Shown: positions 31,536 to 51,693, counted from the stretch's first letter. The stretch: 64,000 nucleotides of DNA from Eledone cirrhosa (GCA_964016885.1 OZ024760.1:34286001-34350000), one strand, 5' to 3'. Numbers and translations: made by a program. The notes: generated from the sequence alone by a model not told the origin.

Positions 31536-31739
31536 TTAGCAGGATATGAATACAGAATACAAGAAGCAGAGAGAGGGGTTGCAAAGCAATGTATTCCACC
31601 ATTCCACCACCATTACAATCAAACAAGATTATCAAATACAGACTTATCTCCCTTGAATCACTTATTCCTTTCAAAGCTGATCATCTTTATATATTAAAAA
31701 TATATATTGGTGTTATATCAGATGAAAGAATGGTATTTA

Positions 31740-32178
31740 ACTAATGTATTGGTACGTGATGGGGCCCACCACAGCCCCTGAGGACAGAATGGAGAAGGCG
31801 TTTCCCCGGCGGACGGCAAGGGAGACGCGCTGGAAAAGCCACTCCAACTCGCCGGGCTCACACCTGCAGCTGGCCTGCTCAGCGCCTATGGTGATGAGTA
31901 AGGAGGTAGCCCTGGGGCCGAGGACACGAGAAGTCTCTACTGCCAGGGGAACGACTGCAAACCTGTCGGAGAGCGACTGGTATTTGAGGAGTTTGGCCCT
32001 CTCAGCCTGGCGTGCAGCAGAACCTGGGTCAGTCACAGACTGCACCAGGTTGCGGCTGCAGAAAGTGTCGGTGCAAGTGGCATCCCAGACGAGGGGTTTG
32101 CCACTGCGGAACGGGAAGATGTTCATGCCATCTGGCCTTTTGCCGTCCCCTCGATCCAGCCCCACCGGCTCGAGCTGG
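31740..32178 (-). mobile_element. 3' fragment of an RLE-type non-LTR retrotransposon (CRE-like)
   Basis: KRPDG..WDAT..E-RA-K-LL-KY..VPLAVET..QRVSLAVRRGNA restriction-like endonuclease signature. Confidence 0.8.
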
Positions 32179-32267
32179 GGAAATCATCACAATATATTGA
32201 TTGATGGTTTATCTGGCTTGAGATGCGGGAATTAATTCAGTTTTATCATAAATATCAGCATCTTCTT

Positions 32268-34031
32268 CATCGTCAGCACCATCATAAATATCACCACCAC
32301 CACCATCATCATCACCACCATCACCGCCACCACCACCAGCACCATCACCACCACCACTATCACTACCACCACTATCACTACCATCACCACCACCACTATC
32401 ACCACCACCACTATCACTACCACCACTATCACTACCACCACTATCACTACCATCACCACCACCACTATCACTACCACCACTATCACTACCATCACCACCA
32501 CCACTATCACTACCACCACTATCACTACCATCACCATCACTACCACCACCACCACTATCACTACCACCACTATCACTACCACCACTATCACCACCACCAC
32601 CACTATCACTACCACCACTATCACCACCACCACTATCACCACCACCACCACTATCACCACCACCACCACTATCACTACCACCACTATCACTACCACCACT
32701 ATCACTACCACCACTATCACTACCACCACCATCACTACCACCACCACCACCACCATCACCACCACCACCATCACCACCATCACCACCACCACCATCACCA
32801 TCACCACCACCACTATCACCATCACCAGCACTATCACCACCACCACTATCACCACCACCACCACTATAACTACCACCACCACAACTATCACCACCACCAC
32901 CAGCAATATCACTACCAGCAGCACTATCACCACTACCACCACTATCACCACCACCACTATCACCACCACCACTATCACCACCATCACCACCACCACCACT
33001 ATCACCACCATCAACACCACCACTATCACTACCACCACCACAACTATCACCACCACCATCACCACCACTATCACCACCACCACCACCACTATCACAATCA
33101 CCTCCACCACAATCACCTCCACCACCACTATCACAATCACCTCCACCACCACTATCACAATCACCTCCACCACCACTATCACCGTCAACCACCACAACCA
33201 TCATCACCACCACCATCACCACCACCACAACCATCATCACAACCACCACCACCACCACCACCATTGCCACCAGCACCACCTCCACCAACACCAGCACCAC
33301 CACCATCACCACCACCACCATCACCACCACCACCATCACCACCATCACCACCATCACCACCATCACCACCATCACCACCACCACCATCACCACCACCATC
33401 AACACCACCATCAACACCACCATCAACACCACCATCAACACCACCATCAACACCACCATCACCACCACCACCACCACCATACCACCACCATCACCACCAC
33501 CACCACCACCATACCACCACCATACCACCACCATCACCACCACCATCACCACCACCACTACCACCACCACCACCACCACCACTACTACCACCACCACCAC
33601 TACCACCATCACCAGCACCACCACTACCACCATCACAACCACTACCACTACCACCATCACTACCATCATCACCACCATCACCACCACCATCATCACCACC
33701 ACCATCATCACCACCATCACCACCATCATCACCACCATCACCACCATCATCACCATCATCATCACCACCACCATCATCACCACCATCACCACCATCATCA
33801 CCATCACCACCACCATCACCACCACCATCACTACCACTACCACCACCACTACCACCACCACTACCTCCACCACTACCACCACCACTACCTCCACCACTAC
33901 CTCCACCACTACCTCCACCACTACCTCCACCACCACTACCACCACCACTAACACCACCACTACCACCACCACTACCACCACCACTAACACCACCACTAAC
34001 ACCACCACCACCACCACCATCATCATCATCC
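32268..34031. repeat. (CAC/CAT/TAT)n triplet tract
   Basis: Direct reading. Confidence 0.93.
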
Positions 34032-34136
34032 TAGTGTTTATAACCGTATTTCCACGCTTGCCTGTGTTGGACATTTCTCAAATATCAGAAGTTAATGAAC
34101 TGGAACACACTTGTAGGTTGGATCACTCACACAACA

Positions 34137-34174
<38 letters not shown>

Positions 34175-34352
34175 TTGGCAGTATCGGTAGAGGGTCGGAC
34201 GCCATGCTTTCCAGCATAGTTACGTCCCTTTACGATCTGAGTTCAAATCCCGCCGAGGTTGACTTTGCCTTTCATCCTTACGGGGTCGATAAAATAATGT
34301 ACCAGTAATGCACTGGGTAATTGCTGGCCTTGTGCCTAAAGTAGAAACAATT
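34175..34352 (+). mobile_element. Dominant SINE, well preserved
   Basis: tggcagtatcggtagag A box, gagttcaaatccc B box. Confidence 0.9.
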
Positions 34353-34661
34353 ATATATATATACACACACATTATATATATACACACACGTTATATATTT
34401 CCACACACGTTATATATATAAACTCGAGTCCGGGAACTATTATAGGCAGCCGTTTTACGTGTGTTGTATTGAAGCAAATAACTGTGTTTACTCTGGGGGT
34501 GTATCTTACATTGCCCATGGAGTACGCTGAGATACAACCGGTACTGTCATTGATAAATATGCTGGGTTCATCAACTCATTATATATATATCATCATCATC
34601 TTCGTTTAGCGTCCATCTTCCATGCTAACATGTGTTAGACGGGTTATATATATATATATAT

Positions 34662-34965
34662 GGAGGCACATGGCTCAGTGGTTAGAGCATTGGCCTTGCA
34701 ATCGAAAGGTTGTAAGTTCAATTCTCAGACCAGGTGATGTGTTGTTTCCTTGTTTCCTTCAGCTGTAGAAATGAGATGATAGGACTGGGATCCCTATCAT
34801 TCCATTGCAAAATGATCGTGGAGGTGCCACGGCAAAAAAGGCACCCAGCACTCACTGTAAATGAGGTTGGTGTTAGGAAGAGCATCCAGCTGTAGAAATC
34901 AAGCCAGAATCAGTTCCCGTCCCACCCTTGCAAGCAGGGAAAAGCGGATGTAAAAAAATGATGAT
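34662..34965 (+). mobile_element. tRNA-derived SINE (possibly composite) with RTE-derived 3' tail
   Basis: tggctcagtggttagagc A box, agttcaattc B box; last about 50 bp match the RTE 3' end at 3187-3240. Confidence 0.75.
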
Positions 34966-35014
34966 ATGTATATAAGCAAAAGGGATATTTAATTTATTTA
35001 TAAAACAAACTTTG

Positions 35015-35075
35015 TATTTTATCTGATGAGAGCGTACCAAAGTTTTGGTACCCTTGAAATATATATAATAGAATA
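35015..35075 (+). ncRNA. Minimal type I hammerhead ribozyme, second copy of the 7917 family
   Basis: UAUUUUAU-CUGAUGA-GAGCGUACCAAAGUUUUGGUACCCUU-GAAA-UAUAUA-UA-AUAGAAUA. Confidence 0.8.
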
Positions 35076-35384
35076 AATATGGTTTTATAAATATAGTTTC
35101 CATTTATTAATATCATTGATATATATATATATATATACACAGGTTCAACAACAACATTACTATATATTTACACATACACACATATAATGAAAAGGCACAG
35201 AAGACAGGAATATATAAAAAGATTTTTTTTTTCTGTAATCTAAGAGAATGAATTTTTTTATAATTGTTGCATTAAATAGATTTAAATTTTGTCAAATATT
35301 TCCAGTTTCGATTGATATATCAATCTTATCAGATAACAAAAAACAGTTTCTTCTCATATTCTACAAACTGTTACAATATATATA

Positions 35385-35888
35385 TCACCTTGACCGACCA
35401 GTCTGTCGGGCGTCCATTCGGCGCCGCTGGTCACAGCACGCCGTCCATTCCTCTCTGGATCGTGCTTTCCTCGTTCATGTAGTCCCAATCATATTCCTAA
35501 AATCATAACTCGCGGAGAGTAAGGGCCAGATGGAAGGCGTTCAACGGCATAAGGGATGTGCTCAAGGGGAGGTTGAACAAGATTACCCGCGCCAACCTCT
35601 TCAATAGCACAGTTTTACCTGCAATGTTATATGGCAGTGAAACTTGGGCTACAACGAAGAGAGAAGAGCAGAGGCTGGTAATGGCTCAAAGAGCCATGGA
35701 GAGATCAATGCTAGGAATCTCGTTGAGAGAGCACATCAGGAGCGAAGTCATCAAACATAAGTCCGGCGTGGGGCACGTCATCACGGAATATATGTGCAAC
35801 AAGTTCAGATGGGCTGGACACGTCGCCTGGTTCACCGATAATCGGTGGACCTGCGCACTTGCCGAGTGGTGCCCGCGCAAGCGGAAAT
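35385..35888. mobile_element. RTE LINE 3' fragment with 5' inversion
   Basis: Plus 35507-35888: VLPAMLYGSETW..RWAGHVA..WCPRKRK; minus 35506-35385: DFRNMIGTT*TRKARSREEW and the 3' end. Confidence 0.8.
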
Positions 35889-36969
35889 TGAGTTCCGATG
35901 CATCACTGATTTTTCGTTTTCCATTCTCTCTCTCTCTATATATATATACACATATGCACAGACACACACAAGTAAACGGAAACAACACAATAAAATGAAG
36001 AAATATATTAGTTTAATACTTGATATAGTTGGAATGGTGTCTTTAGATTTCATTTCATTTCAGACACTAGTCCTTCATCGGAAGATAGAATGAGAAATAA
36101 AAGATGAAATGGAGAGATAAAAAGTGAGCAGAGGAAAGAACGGTAACATCTTTTTGAGAAAAGGCACATGTGTATATATGTGTGTATATATATATATACA
36201 CACACACACATGCACATATATACACATAGGGATTGTAACAAAGCCGTCAGAGAATCATTCTCTCATTACCATAACAGACATCCGACGAGCTTTTGATTCC
36301 AGAGTTGGGCCAGATCGATATAGATCGAACCGTGAGCTGATCAATTGTGAAACATATGTCACACCACAAACATAATGAAGACCTAACTCTTTGTCCTTTT
36401 AATTATTTATTTATATATATATAATGTATCTGTTGATATCCTGTAATGAATGCATCTGTCTGTTGTTGTATTGTCAACCAGAACTCCTGGCAAAAGAAAG
36501 GAGCTGATCATCAGGTCAGGTTGGTCCAAGGAAACAATGTTTCCATTACTGATACTGTCTTCTGTCAGAGGAAAGCTGGGTTTTACTGAGAACACACATA
36601 CACAGCTAGATCATGTCAGATTCCTCAGACCATTCCATCCAACTCTGTCAAGCCACTGCTCTTGTTTTTGTTATTTATATATTGACTCCTTCAAAGGATA
36701 AAAGGCAGGTTTGACCTCAGGATTTGCATTGAGAGTGCAGAGAGCTGGAACAAATACTGTAGTGTTTAATCCCACCCTCTAATGAATTTGTCAATTCAAT
36801 ACCCCATTGATAAAATCTCTTATGTTTATGGCAAAACAGCAACAAAGCAACCTCTAAGCTAAAGTGAAGAGGGTATTGCTAATATTTCTCTGTTGTAAGC
36901 CATTGTTATGTTGCTAGAACTTATTGCATGTAATTCCACCATATAACATTTTGACAAGCACCACATCAG

Positions 36970-37050
<81 letters not shown>

Positions 37051-37140
37051 GGGGGGGGGGTATGTATATATGTGTGTGTGTGTGTGTGTATATATATACA
37101 TATATATATACACATGTCTGGTAAACCTGGCATTATATAT

Positions 37141-37320
37141 TTGGCAGTATCGGTAGAGGGTCAGACGCCATGCTTTCCAGCATAGTTACGTCCCTTTACG
37201 ATCTGAGTTCAAATCCCGCTGAGGTTGACTTTGCCTTTCATTCTTACGGGGTCGATAAAATAAAGTACCAGTAATGCACTGGGTAATTTGCTGGCCTTGT
37301 GCCTAAAGTAGAAACAATTA
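37141..37320 (+). mobile_element. Dominant SINE
   Basis: Near-identical to 34175-34352. Confidence 0.9.
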
Positions 37321-37450
37321 TATATATATATTCATTAGTTAAGCAAAACAAGACCACAAATCTCACAAGGAAGACATTATAAAAGATTGTCAACATATTT
37401 TAGTTTGATGTAAGGAATGTAGAGAATAATAATAATAATATTAATAATAA

Positions 37451-37636
37451 TAATTGTTTCTACTTTAGGCACAAGGCCAGCAATTACCCAGTGCATTACT
37501 GGTACTTTATTTTATCGACCCCGTAAGGATGAAAGGCAAAGTCAACCTCGGTGGAATTTGAACTCAGATCGTAAAGGGACATAACTATGCTGGAAAGCAT
37601 GGCATCCGACCCTCTACCGATACTGCCAATCCACCA
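37451..37636 (-). mobile_element. Dominant SINE, inverted relative to the 37141 copy
   Basis: Reverse-complement match. Confidence 0.9.
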
Positions 37637-38521
37637 TTAATAATAATAATAATGTCCGTTTACAATTGTTTCGCTACTCCATATATTTCTGGATCAGATG
37701 ACTATATATCATAATTGATCTGGTTCAGTTGAAAATAATTAACATATTTAAAAAACAGCGGATCATCGGAACTTCAAAGGAATATAAATTAAAATAAGGA
37801 GAGAATGTTACATAATATAATGTTCCATATATTGGTTTTTCACTATGGTATCTTGGTTGCATCAGTTGTCAGCCATAATCAAGCAGTATTCATCTGTCTA
37901 GGCTGCATTGTGTGACATCTGCCTATGGGTAACAAGATGGCTGCCAAAGGACATATTTACCTCACTAATTAGAGGGTGATTTCAGGAGAAGTAACTCCTC
38001 GAGAGATTAGAAATTGTGGGTAGTATATAGTTAAGTGCTAATTTAAACATTTTTTAATTGAGAGACAATGTAGGGGAGGTAACTTATAATTATCTAAGTT
38101 AGTCATAGCTATTTAACTTATTAACTAATTATAATATGTTAATCCTTACGGGGTCGATAAAATAAAGTACCAGTAATGTACTGGTTAATTGCTGGCCTTG
38201 TGCCAAAAGTAGAAACAATTATTATTATTATTAATATTATTATTATTATTCTCTACATTCCTTACATCAAACTAAAATATGTTGACAATGTTTTAATAAT
38301 GTCTTCCTTGTGAAATTTGTGGTCTTGTTTTGCTTAAGTAATGAATATTTCCAGCTGTGCGCACCTAACCTCTGCATGAACCCAGCCACCTAGCTGCTTT
38401 CTACTGCATATTGCACATTGAGCACATGCCTTTACACTTTGGCTTCTAACTAATTCACCAATCTCTCCTCTCATATCTCCTCTATCTCCATCTCTCTCTT
38501 TAAGATTGGTTACTCTTGAAC

Positions 38522-38569
<48 letters not shown>

Positions 38570-38745
38570 CATAAATGGCGATACTCCGGCCAAATTCCAG
38601 CTCACTCAACATATATTAGGAAATACCTGAGTATATTCCTAATTAAACGTTTGGGGTGCTAACTAATTGTATTGTGTGGAGAATTGGCTGTATCATTTCA
38701 TATGAGATATATCAAATATATATATATAATGCCAGGTTTACCAGA

Positions 38746-39087
38746 CATATACATATATATGTATATATATATATATACATGTATATATATGTATATGTAT
38801 ATATATGTATATATATATGTATGTATATATATATGTATGTATATGTATGTATATGTATATATATGTATATATATATGTATGTATATGTATATATATATGT
38901 ATGTATATGTGTATATATATGTATGTATATGTATATATATATGTATGTATATGTATATATATATGTATGTATATGTATATATATATGTATGTATATGTAT
39001 ATATATATGTATGTATATGTATATATATATGTATGTATATATATATATGTATGTATATATATATGTATGTATATATATATGTATGTA

Positions 39088-39123
<36 letters not shown>

Positions 39124-39295
39124 TATGTATGTATATATATATGTATGTATATATATATGTATGTATATATATATGTATGTATATATATATGTATGTATAT
39201 ATATATGTATGTATATATATATGTATGTATATATATATGTATGTATATATATATGTATGTATATATATATGTATGTATATATATATGTATGTATA

Positions 39296-39334
<39 letters not shown>

Positions 39335-39791
39335 GTATATGTATGTATATGTATATGTATATATATATGTATATGTATATGTATATATATATGTATATGT
39401 ATATGTATATATATATGTATATATATATGTATATGTATATGTATATATATATGTATATGTATATATATATGTATATGTATATATATATGTATATGTATAT
39501 ATAGATGTATATGTATATGTATATATATATGTATATGTATATGTATATGTATATATATATATGTATATATATATGTATATATATATGTATATGTATATAT
39601 ATATGTATATGTATATATATATATGTATATATATATGTATATATATATGTATATATATATGTATATGTATATGTATATATATATGTATATATATATGTAT
39701 ATATATATATGTATATATATATATATGTATATTTATATGTATAAGTATATGTATATATATGTATATGTATATATATATGTATATGTATATA

Positions 39792-39826
<35 letters not shown>

Positions 39827-40010
39827 ATATATATGTATATATATATGTATATATATATGTATATATATATATGTATATATATATGTATATATATATGTAT
39901 ATATATATGTATATATATATATGTATATATATATGTATATATATATGTATATATATATGTATATATATATGTATATGTATATATATATGTATATATATAT
40001 GTATATGTAT

Positions 40011-40058
<48 letters not shown>

Positions 40059-40328
40059 GTATATGTATATATGTATATGTATATGTATGTATATATGTAT
40101 ATGTATATGTATGTATATATGTATATATGTATATGTATATGTGTATATGTATATATATGTATATATGTATGTATATATATGTATGTGTATATATATGTAT
40201 ATATATGTATATATGTATGTATATATATGTATGTGTATATGTATGTATGTATATGTATATATATGTATGTATGTATATGTATATATATGTATATATGTAT
40301 GTATATATATGTATGTGTATATGTATGT

Positions 40329-40360
<32 letters not shown>

Positions 40361-40374
40361 GTATGTGTATATAT
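38746..40374. repeat. (TA)n/(TATG)n microsatellite
   Basis: Direct reading. Confidence 0.96.
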
Positions 40375-40984
40375 GTCAGGTCACCACTTGGTGCTACTGG
40401 TAACATGTATCCCAGTGCAACCTGTCTCATGGTCGGGTCGTTGGCGACTAAACTGGCAACCCCACCAAGGTTTCTTGGTGAGGAGGGTGACTTTGGACAT
40501 CCTGCAGGACTAAAAACAAAACCTGTCAAAGGGCAAAGGAGCTCTTAAGAGTCAATGGCCATCCAAAATCACTGGGAGAGATGACCTCTTAGCCTTTGTC
40601 AAGGCAGAATTCTAGGAGAAGGAAAACTCTGATATAACACCTGCAACCCTGATGGTATCCAATGATGTTGACTTGTTCTTTTTTTTTGGTAAATATCATC
40701 TTGGTTAAGAGAGTGGGACTGGCTTTGTGCAGTGCCTTTGCTCACTATAAAAGCTTCACGGCACAGGCATTGCTTTATATCTGGAGATCTCTCTGCACTT
40801 GTCGTCACATGGTACCATGGCCCAGCAGTGTGTGTCAATCATTGTCACAGGTGTAGTGTTTGTACTAGAGTTTTCAAGTCGCTGGCTGGATTGAAAAGTC
40901 ACACTCGTTCAGCGCATCGGTAGGGGTTCTCCTACATGGATATAAAGTAGTGGCCGTACTCGAAAACGAGTTGGCAGCCACCAT
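40375..40984 (+). mobile_element. Short LINE-derived bipartite element: leader shared with 9862-10050, C2H2-encoding 3' end
   Basis: 40375-40570 aligns with 9862-10050; the end encodes [22 protein letters not shown]. Confidence 0.65.
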
Positions 40985-40987
40985 ATG

Positions 40988-41019
<32 letters not shown>

Positions 41020-41158
41020 CATGTATATATATATATGTATATATATGTATATATGATATGTATATATATGTATATGTATATATGTATATGTATATATGTA
41101 TATATATATATATGTATATATGTATATGTATATATGTATATGTATATATGTATATATA

Positions 41159-41247
<89 letters not shown>

Positions 41248-41350
41248 GTATATATGTATATATATATGTATATATATATATATATGTATAATATATATAT
41301 ATATGTATATATTATATATATGTATAATATATATATGTATATGTATATAT

Positions 41351-43233
41351 AAACAGGAGGTATTCAAGATTGCGAGGCAGTGTGTCAGAGATAGTTGTGA
41401 TGTCATTGGAGAGAAGTGTATCCGGAATGATAAAGGTGAGCTTGCCCTCACAAGTGCTGAGAAGAAAGATGCATGGAAGAGTCATTATGATAGATTACTA
41501 AATGAGGAGAATGCATGGGAAGAAGAGACCCTACCCCACGTAGACCCTATAGAGGGACCAGCAGTACAAGTCAGCGGCAGCGTAGTAAGTAAGGCAATCA
41601 GAGATATGAAGATAGGGAAGGCAACCGGTCCATCGGGTATAGCTGCCGAGATGCTGAAGGCATCTGGGTCTGTAGGTCACACTATAACCACACGTATCGT
41701 TAACCAGGTAATACTAGAGGGGGCCATACCAAAAGATTGGTGCAGTAGCATCATTGTCAACTGCTACAAAGGTAAAGGCGATGCACTAGATAGAGGAAAC
41801 TATAGAGGTATAAAGTTGATGGACCAGGTCATGAAAGTAACAGAAAGAGTTATAGCACAGCTGATTAGGGACCGGGTGAATATAGACGAGATGCAATTTG
41901 GGTTTGTTCCAGGGAAAGGCACCACTGATGCGCTCTTCCTTGTGAGGCAATTACAGGAAAAGTACCTAGCTAAAAGTAAGCCACTCTACTTGGCATTTGT
42001 CGACCTTGAGAAAGCCTTTGACAGAGTTCCACGTGCAGTAATCTGTGGTGGGCTCTTAGAAAACTAGGAGTAGATGAATGGCTTGTGAAAGCGGTACAAG
42101 CCATGTATAGGGGAGCAGTCAGCAAAGTTAGGATTGGCAATGAGTATAGCGAGGAATTTAGCGTACAGGTTGGGGTCCACCAGGGCTCTGTTCTTAGCCC
42201 TCTCCTGTTCATCATAGTCCTGCAGGCAATAACGGAGGAGTTTAAGACCGGATGCCCATGGGAACTCCTGTATGCTGATGACCTCGCACTCATAGCTGAA
42301 TCTATGGTAGAACTAGAGAATAAATTCCAAACCTGGAAGCAGGGACTAGAGAGAAAGGGCCTCAAAGTCAACATGACAAAGACTAAGGTCCTTATAAGTA
42401 GACGAGAAAACAGAACCCAGATCCCCTCAGGGAAATGGCCTTGCTCAGTATGTAGGAAAGGTGTAGGTAGGAACTCCATTCTCTGCCCCAAATGCAAACA
42501 ATGGGTACACAAGAGATGTAGCGGGATCTCAGGAAGCTTAATTAAGAATGTAGGATTCACATGCAGCAGCTGTGCTGAAACAGCAAGCAAACAGCCACAG
42601 GAAACAAGTACCACCAATCTCTGGGAGGGCCCTGTAGAAACAGTAGACAGCTTCTGCTACCTAGGTGACCGAATTAGCAACGGAGGTGGGTGCTCAGAAA
42701 GTACAATAACCAGGGTAAGAACGGGATGGAAGAAGTTTAGGGAACTACTACCACTGCTAGCTGCAAAAGGCTTCTCCCTCAGAATGAAAGGCAGACTGTA
42801 TGATGCGTGTATCCGAACAGCGATGTTGCATGGTAGTGAGACCTGGGCGCTGAAGGTGGAAGACTTACGTAGATTAGAGAGAAACGAAGCCTGCATGCTC
42901 CGATGGATGTGTAACAGTAATATACGTGAACGACAAAGCATAAATGAATTGAGAGAGAGACTGAGCATAAGAGGAATCAAATGCTGCGTGCAGGAGAGGC
43001 GGTTACGCTGGTATGGACATGTGATGCGTATGAAGGATGACAGCTGCATAAAAAGGTGCAGAGCACTAGAAGTTGATGGAAACCGCGGAGTGGGGAGACC
43101 CAAGATGACTTGGGATGAGGTGATAAAAGCCGACCTTACCCAACTACACCTCTCAAAGTCAATGACACACGACCGTGACTTCTGGCGTCACGCAGTAATA
43201 CAGGGTACCCGACCTCCCATGGGTACATGCTGA
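41351..43233 (+). mobile_element. 5'-truncated RTE LINE (RT + PHD-like finger), frameshift near 42045
   Basis: ORFs 41096-42067 (after the microsatellite) and 42085-43233: [42 protein letters not shown]. Confidence 0.93.
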
Positions 43234-43276
43234 AGCATATAAACAATATGCCCCCCCCCCCCCCCCCCCCACCGCA

Positions 43277-43541
43277 AGGTGGTCGTGGAGGTGCCACGGC
43301 AAAAAAGCACCCAGCCCACACTGTAAAGTGGACGTGTAGGCGCCACGAAAAAGCACCCAGCACTCACTGTAAATGAGGTTGGTGTTAGGAAGGGCATCCA
43401 GCTGTAGAAATCAAGCCAGATCAGTTCCTGTATGAGCAAGGCATGGTCAGCCGACCAGACACTGCCCACAACAGGACAACCCGTCTAACCCATGCTAGCG
43501 TGGAAGAACGGACGTAAAACGGTGATGATGATGATGATGAT
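43277..43541 (+). mobile_element. SINE 3' half with (GAT)n tail
   Basis: Matches 34816-34915; ends cggacgtaaaacggtgatgatg. Confidence 0.75.
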
Positions 43542-48628
<5,087 letters not shown>

Positions 48629-48856
48629 CAGTCCAGAATTCGCCGTTGGAACGGCTTGAGCTCAGCCGTCAGGGTCCTACTCGTTCCTATATATATATAT
48701 ATATGTATGTGTATATATATATATGTATGTGTATATGTATATATATATATGTATATGTGTATATGTATATATGTATGTGTATATATATATATATATATAT
48801 GTATGTGTATATATATATATATATGTGTATATATGTATATATATATATATATATAT

Positions 48857-48955
48857 GCAGACAGGACCTGGGGGCAGCGATGGGGGACAGGGGATTCTGG
48901 GGCATGGGAGTGAGATCCATAATCTCGACAGTACTCGACGAATGATTATGATGAT
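48857..48955 (+). mobile_element. LINE 3' end fragment, same family as 2757-2908
   Basis: [28 protein letters not shown] plus gat tail. Confidence 0.75.
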
Positions 48956-48992
48956 ATATGTATATATGTATGTATATATATTTATATGTATG

Positions 48993-49099
<107 letters not shown>

Positions 49100-49128
49100 G
49101 TATATATATATATGTATATATATATATG

Positions 49129-49207
<79 letters not shown>

Positions 49208-49220
49208 GTATATATATATG

Positions 49221-49253
<33 letters not shown>

Positions 49254-49406
49254 GTATATATATATGTATATATATATATGTATATATATGTATATATATA
49301 TGTATATATATATATATATGTATATATATATGTATATATATATATATGTATATATATATGTATATATATATATATGTATATATATATGTATATGTATATG
49401 TATATG

Positions 49407-49439
<33 letters not shown>

Positions 49440-49486
49440 GTATATATATATGTATATATATATGTATATATATATGTATATATATG

Positions 49487-49540
<54 letters not shown>

Positions 49541-49635
49541 TGTATATATATACGTTATTCCGGGTTGAATCGGAGGTAACCACAGTAAGTAAGGTACTCA
49601 ATACATAGCAGAGTATAACAGTTTTAATATAGATG

Positions 49636-49686
49636 AGATTCTACAGGACTAGAACTGTTTCATTCATTAGAAATCATCAGGAATCT
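49636..49686 (-). ncRNA. Type I hammerhead ribozyme in PLE pLTR
   Basis: AGAUUC-CUGAUGA-UUUCUAAUGAAU-GAAA-CAG(UUCUAGUC)CUG-UA-GAAUCU. Confidence 0.85.
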
Positions 49687-50392
49687 GGGTATCAAAAAAT
49701 AAATATGGTATTTATAGGTCTCTACAAGTGGTAGGAGAGGGTGGGGAGTGGGATGGGTGCAGGTCATTGGTTGATAGAAAAGGGAATTCATTAAAAGCTA
49801 ATTCTACAAAGCTATAGTTAATTTTTATTTTTATTTATATTTATTTATGTTTTTAGAGTAACAAAGGCAGACAGAATTCTATAAACAGGTTCCGGATGGC
49901 ATACCATTCCTTGTCAATAAGTTTCTCTTAAGCTAACAGATGTCTATAAAATCAGTGGGGGGTCAGTCATGCTCCATAGAATTAAAGAAAAGGGAGATTC
50001 TTTAAAAACTAAAGTCATTAAGGTTCTACTAAGTGACAAAGGTCTAGAGAATTCTGCAGACAGATTCAAAATACTGAGTGCATATCTTACTATTATCTTC
50101 GAACTTCTCTTAAACTAATCAACAATATGCCAAAATCAACAGACACATTCACAAAAAAACAAAAAAACAAAAAACAGAAAAACAAAAAAACACACATAAA
50201 AAACAAAAAAACACACATACTTACTCACACACTTACGCGCAACCATAAACACACACACAAACACATATACTCACATAAAAACACACACACATATATAAAA
50301 AATATATAAATATATATTCATGTACACACACATACATACACACATACATACATACATACATATATAATACACATACACATATACATACGCAC

Positions 50393-50433
<41 letters not shown>

Positions 50434-50539
50434 TATACATATATATACATACATATATATATACATATACAAACATACATACATATATATACATACAAAT
50501 ATACATACACACACATACACACACACACACATATATACG

Positions 50540-50623
<84 letters not shown>

Positions 50624-50788
50624 GATACACATACACATACATACACACACACACATATATATATACACAAATAAATACACTCACACACATACAAACAAAC
50701 ACGAGTATACATATGTATAAATATACACACATACACACACACACACATATATACGTATATATATATATATATATACATATATATATAC

Positions 50789-50837
<49 letters not shown>

Positions 50838-51056
50838 GATACACACACACATACACATACATACACACACGCACACATATATATACACAAATGAATACAC
50901 TCACACGCATACAAACAAACACGAGTATACATATGTATAAATATCTATACACACACACATACACACATATATATATATATATACACACACATACACATAT
51001 ATATATATATATATATACATATATATATACACATATATATACATACATATACATAC

Positions 51057-51098
<42 letters not shown>

Positions 51099-51116
51099 AT
51101 ACACACACATATACAA

Positions 51117-51154
<38 letters not shown>

Positions 51155-51470
51155 ATACATACACAAAACATACACATACATACACAGACCTATACATAAA
51201 TATACACATATATATACAGACATATCACGCACATATACACACACATATACATACACATATATACATATATATATACATATACATACATATATATATACAC
51301 ACATATACATATATATATACACATACATACACATATATATATATATATACATATATACACATACATACATATACATATACACATACATATATATACACAT
51401 ATACACACACATACACACATACACACACCGACACACAAAATATATATACACACACACTCTCTATCTCATG

Positions 51471-51528
<58 letters not shown>

Positions 51529-51693
51529 TACACATATATATACATATATGCGCATACATATACATATACAAATACATATACATACATACACATACACACA
51601 TATATATACATATACACTCACAAATACACACACATACACACATATATACATATACATACACACAAACACATACATATACACATATATATATAT

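Noticed and set aside
27511-34074. Mucin-like poly-T, extensin-like poly-P, poly-H and Gly-rich ORFs
   Set aside because: Triplet repeats open in several frames on both strands, with no domain or splice support.
34175-34352. tRNA genes
   Set aside because: A and B boxes belong to multi-copy SINE heads with no full cloverleaf.
36045-36365. Hammerhead-like strings (minus CCGAUGA..GAAA near 36055-36080; GAAACAUAUGUC near 36350)
   Set aside because: Mutated cores and no convincing stem I.
48629-48690. Microsatellite born inside a LINE ORF (PTRSYI..)
   Set aside because: The related copy at 2757-2908 has a different upstream sequence, so continuity with 48857 is unsupported.
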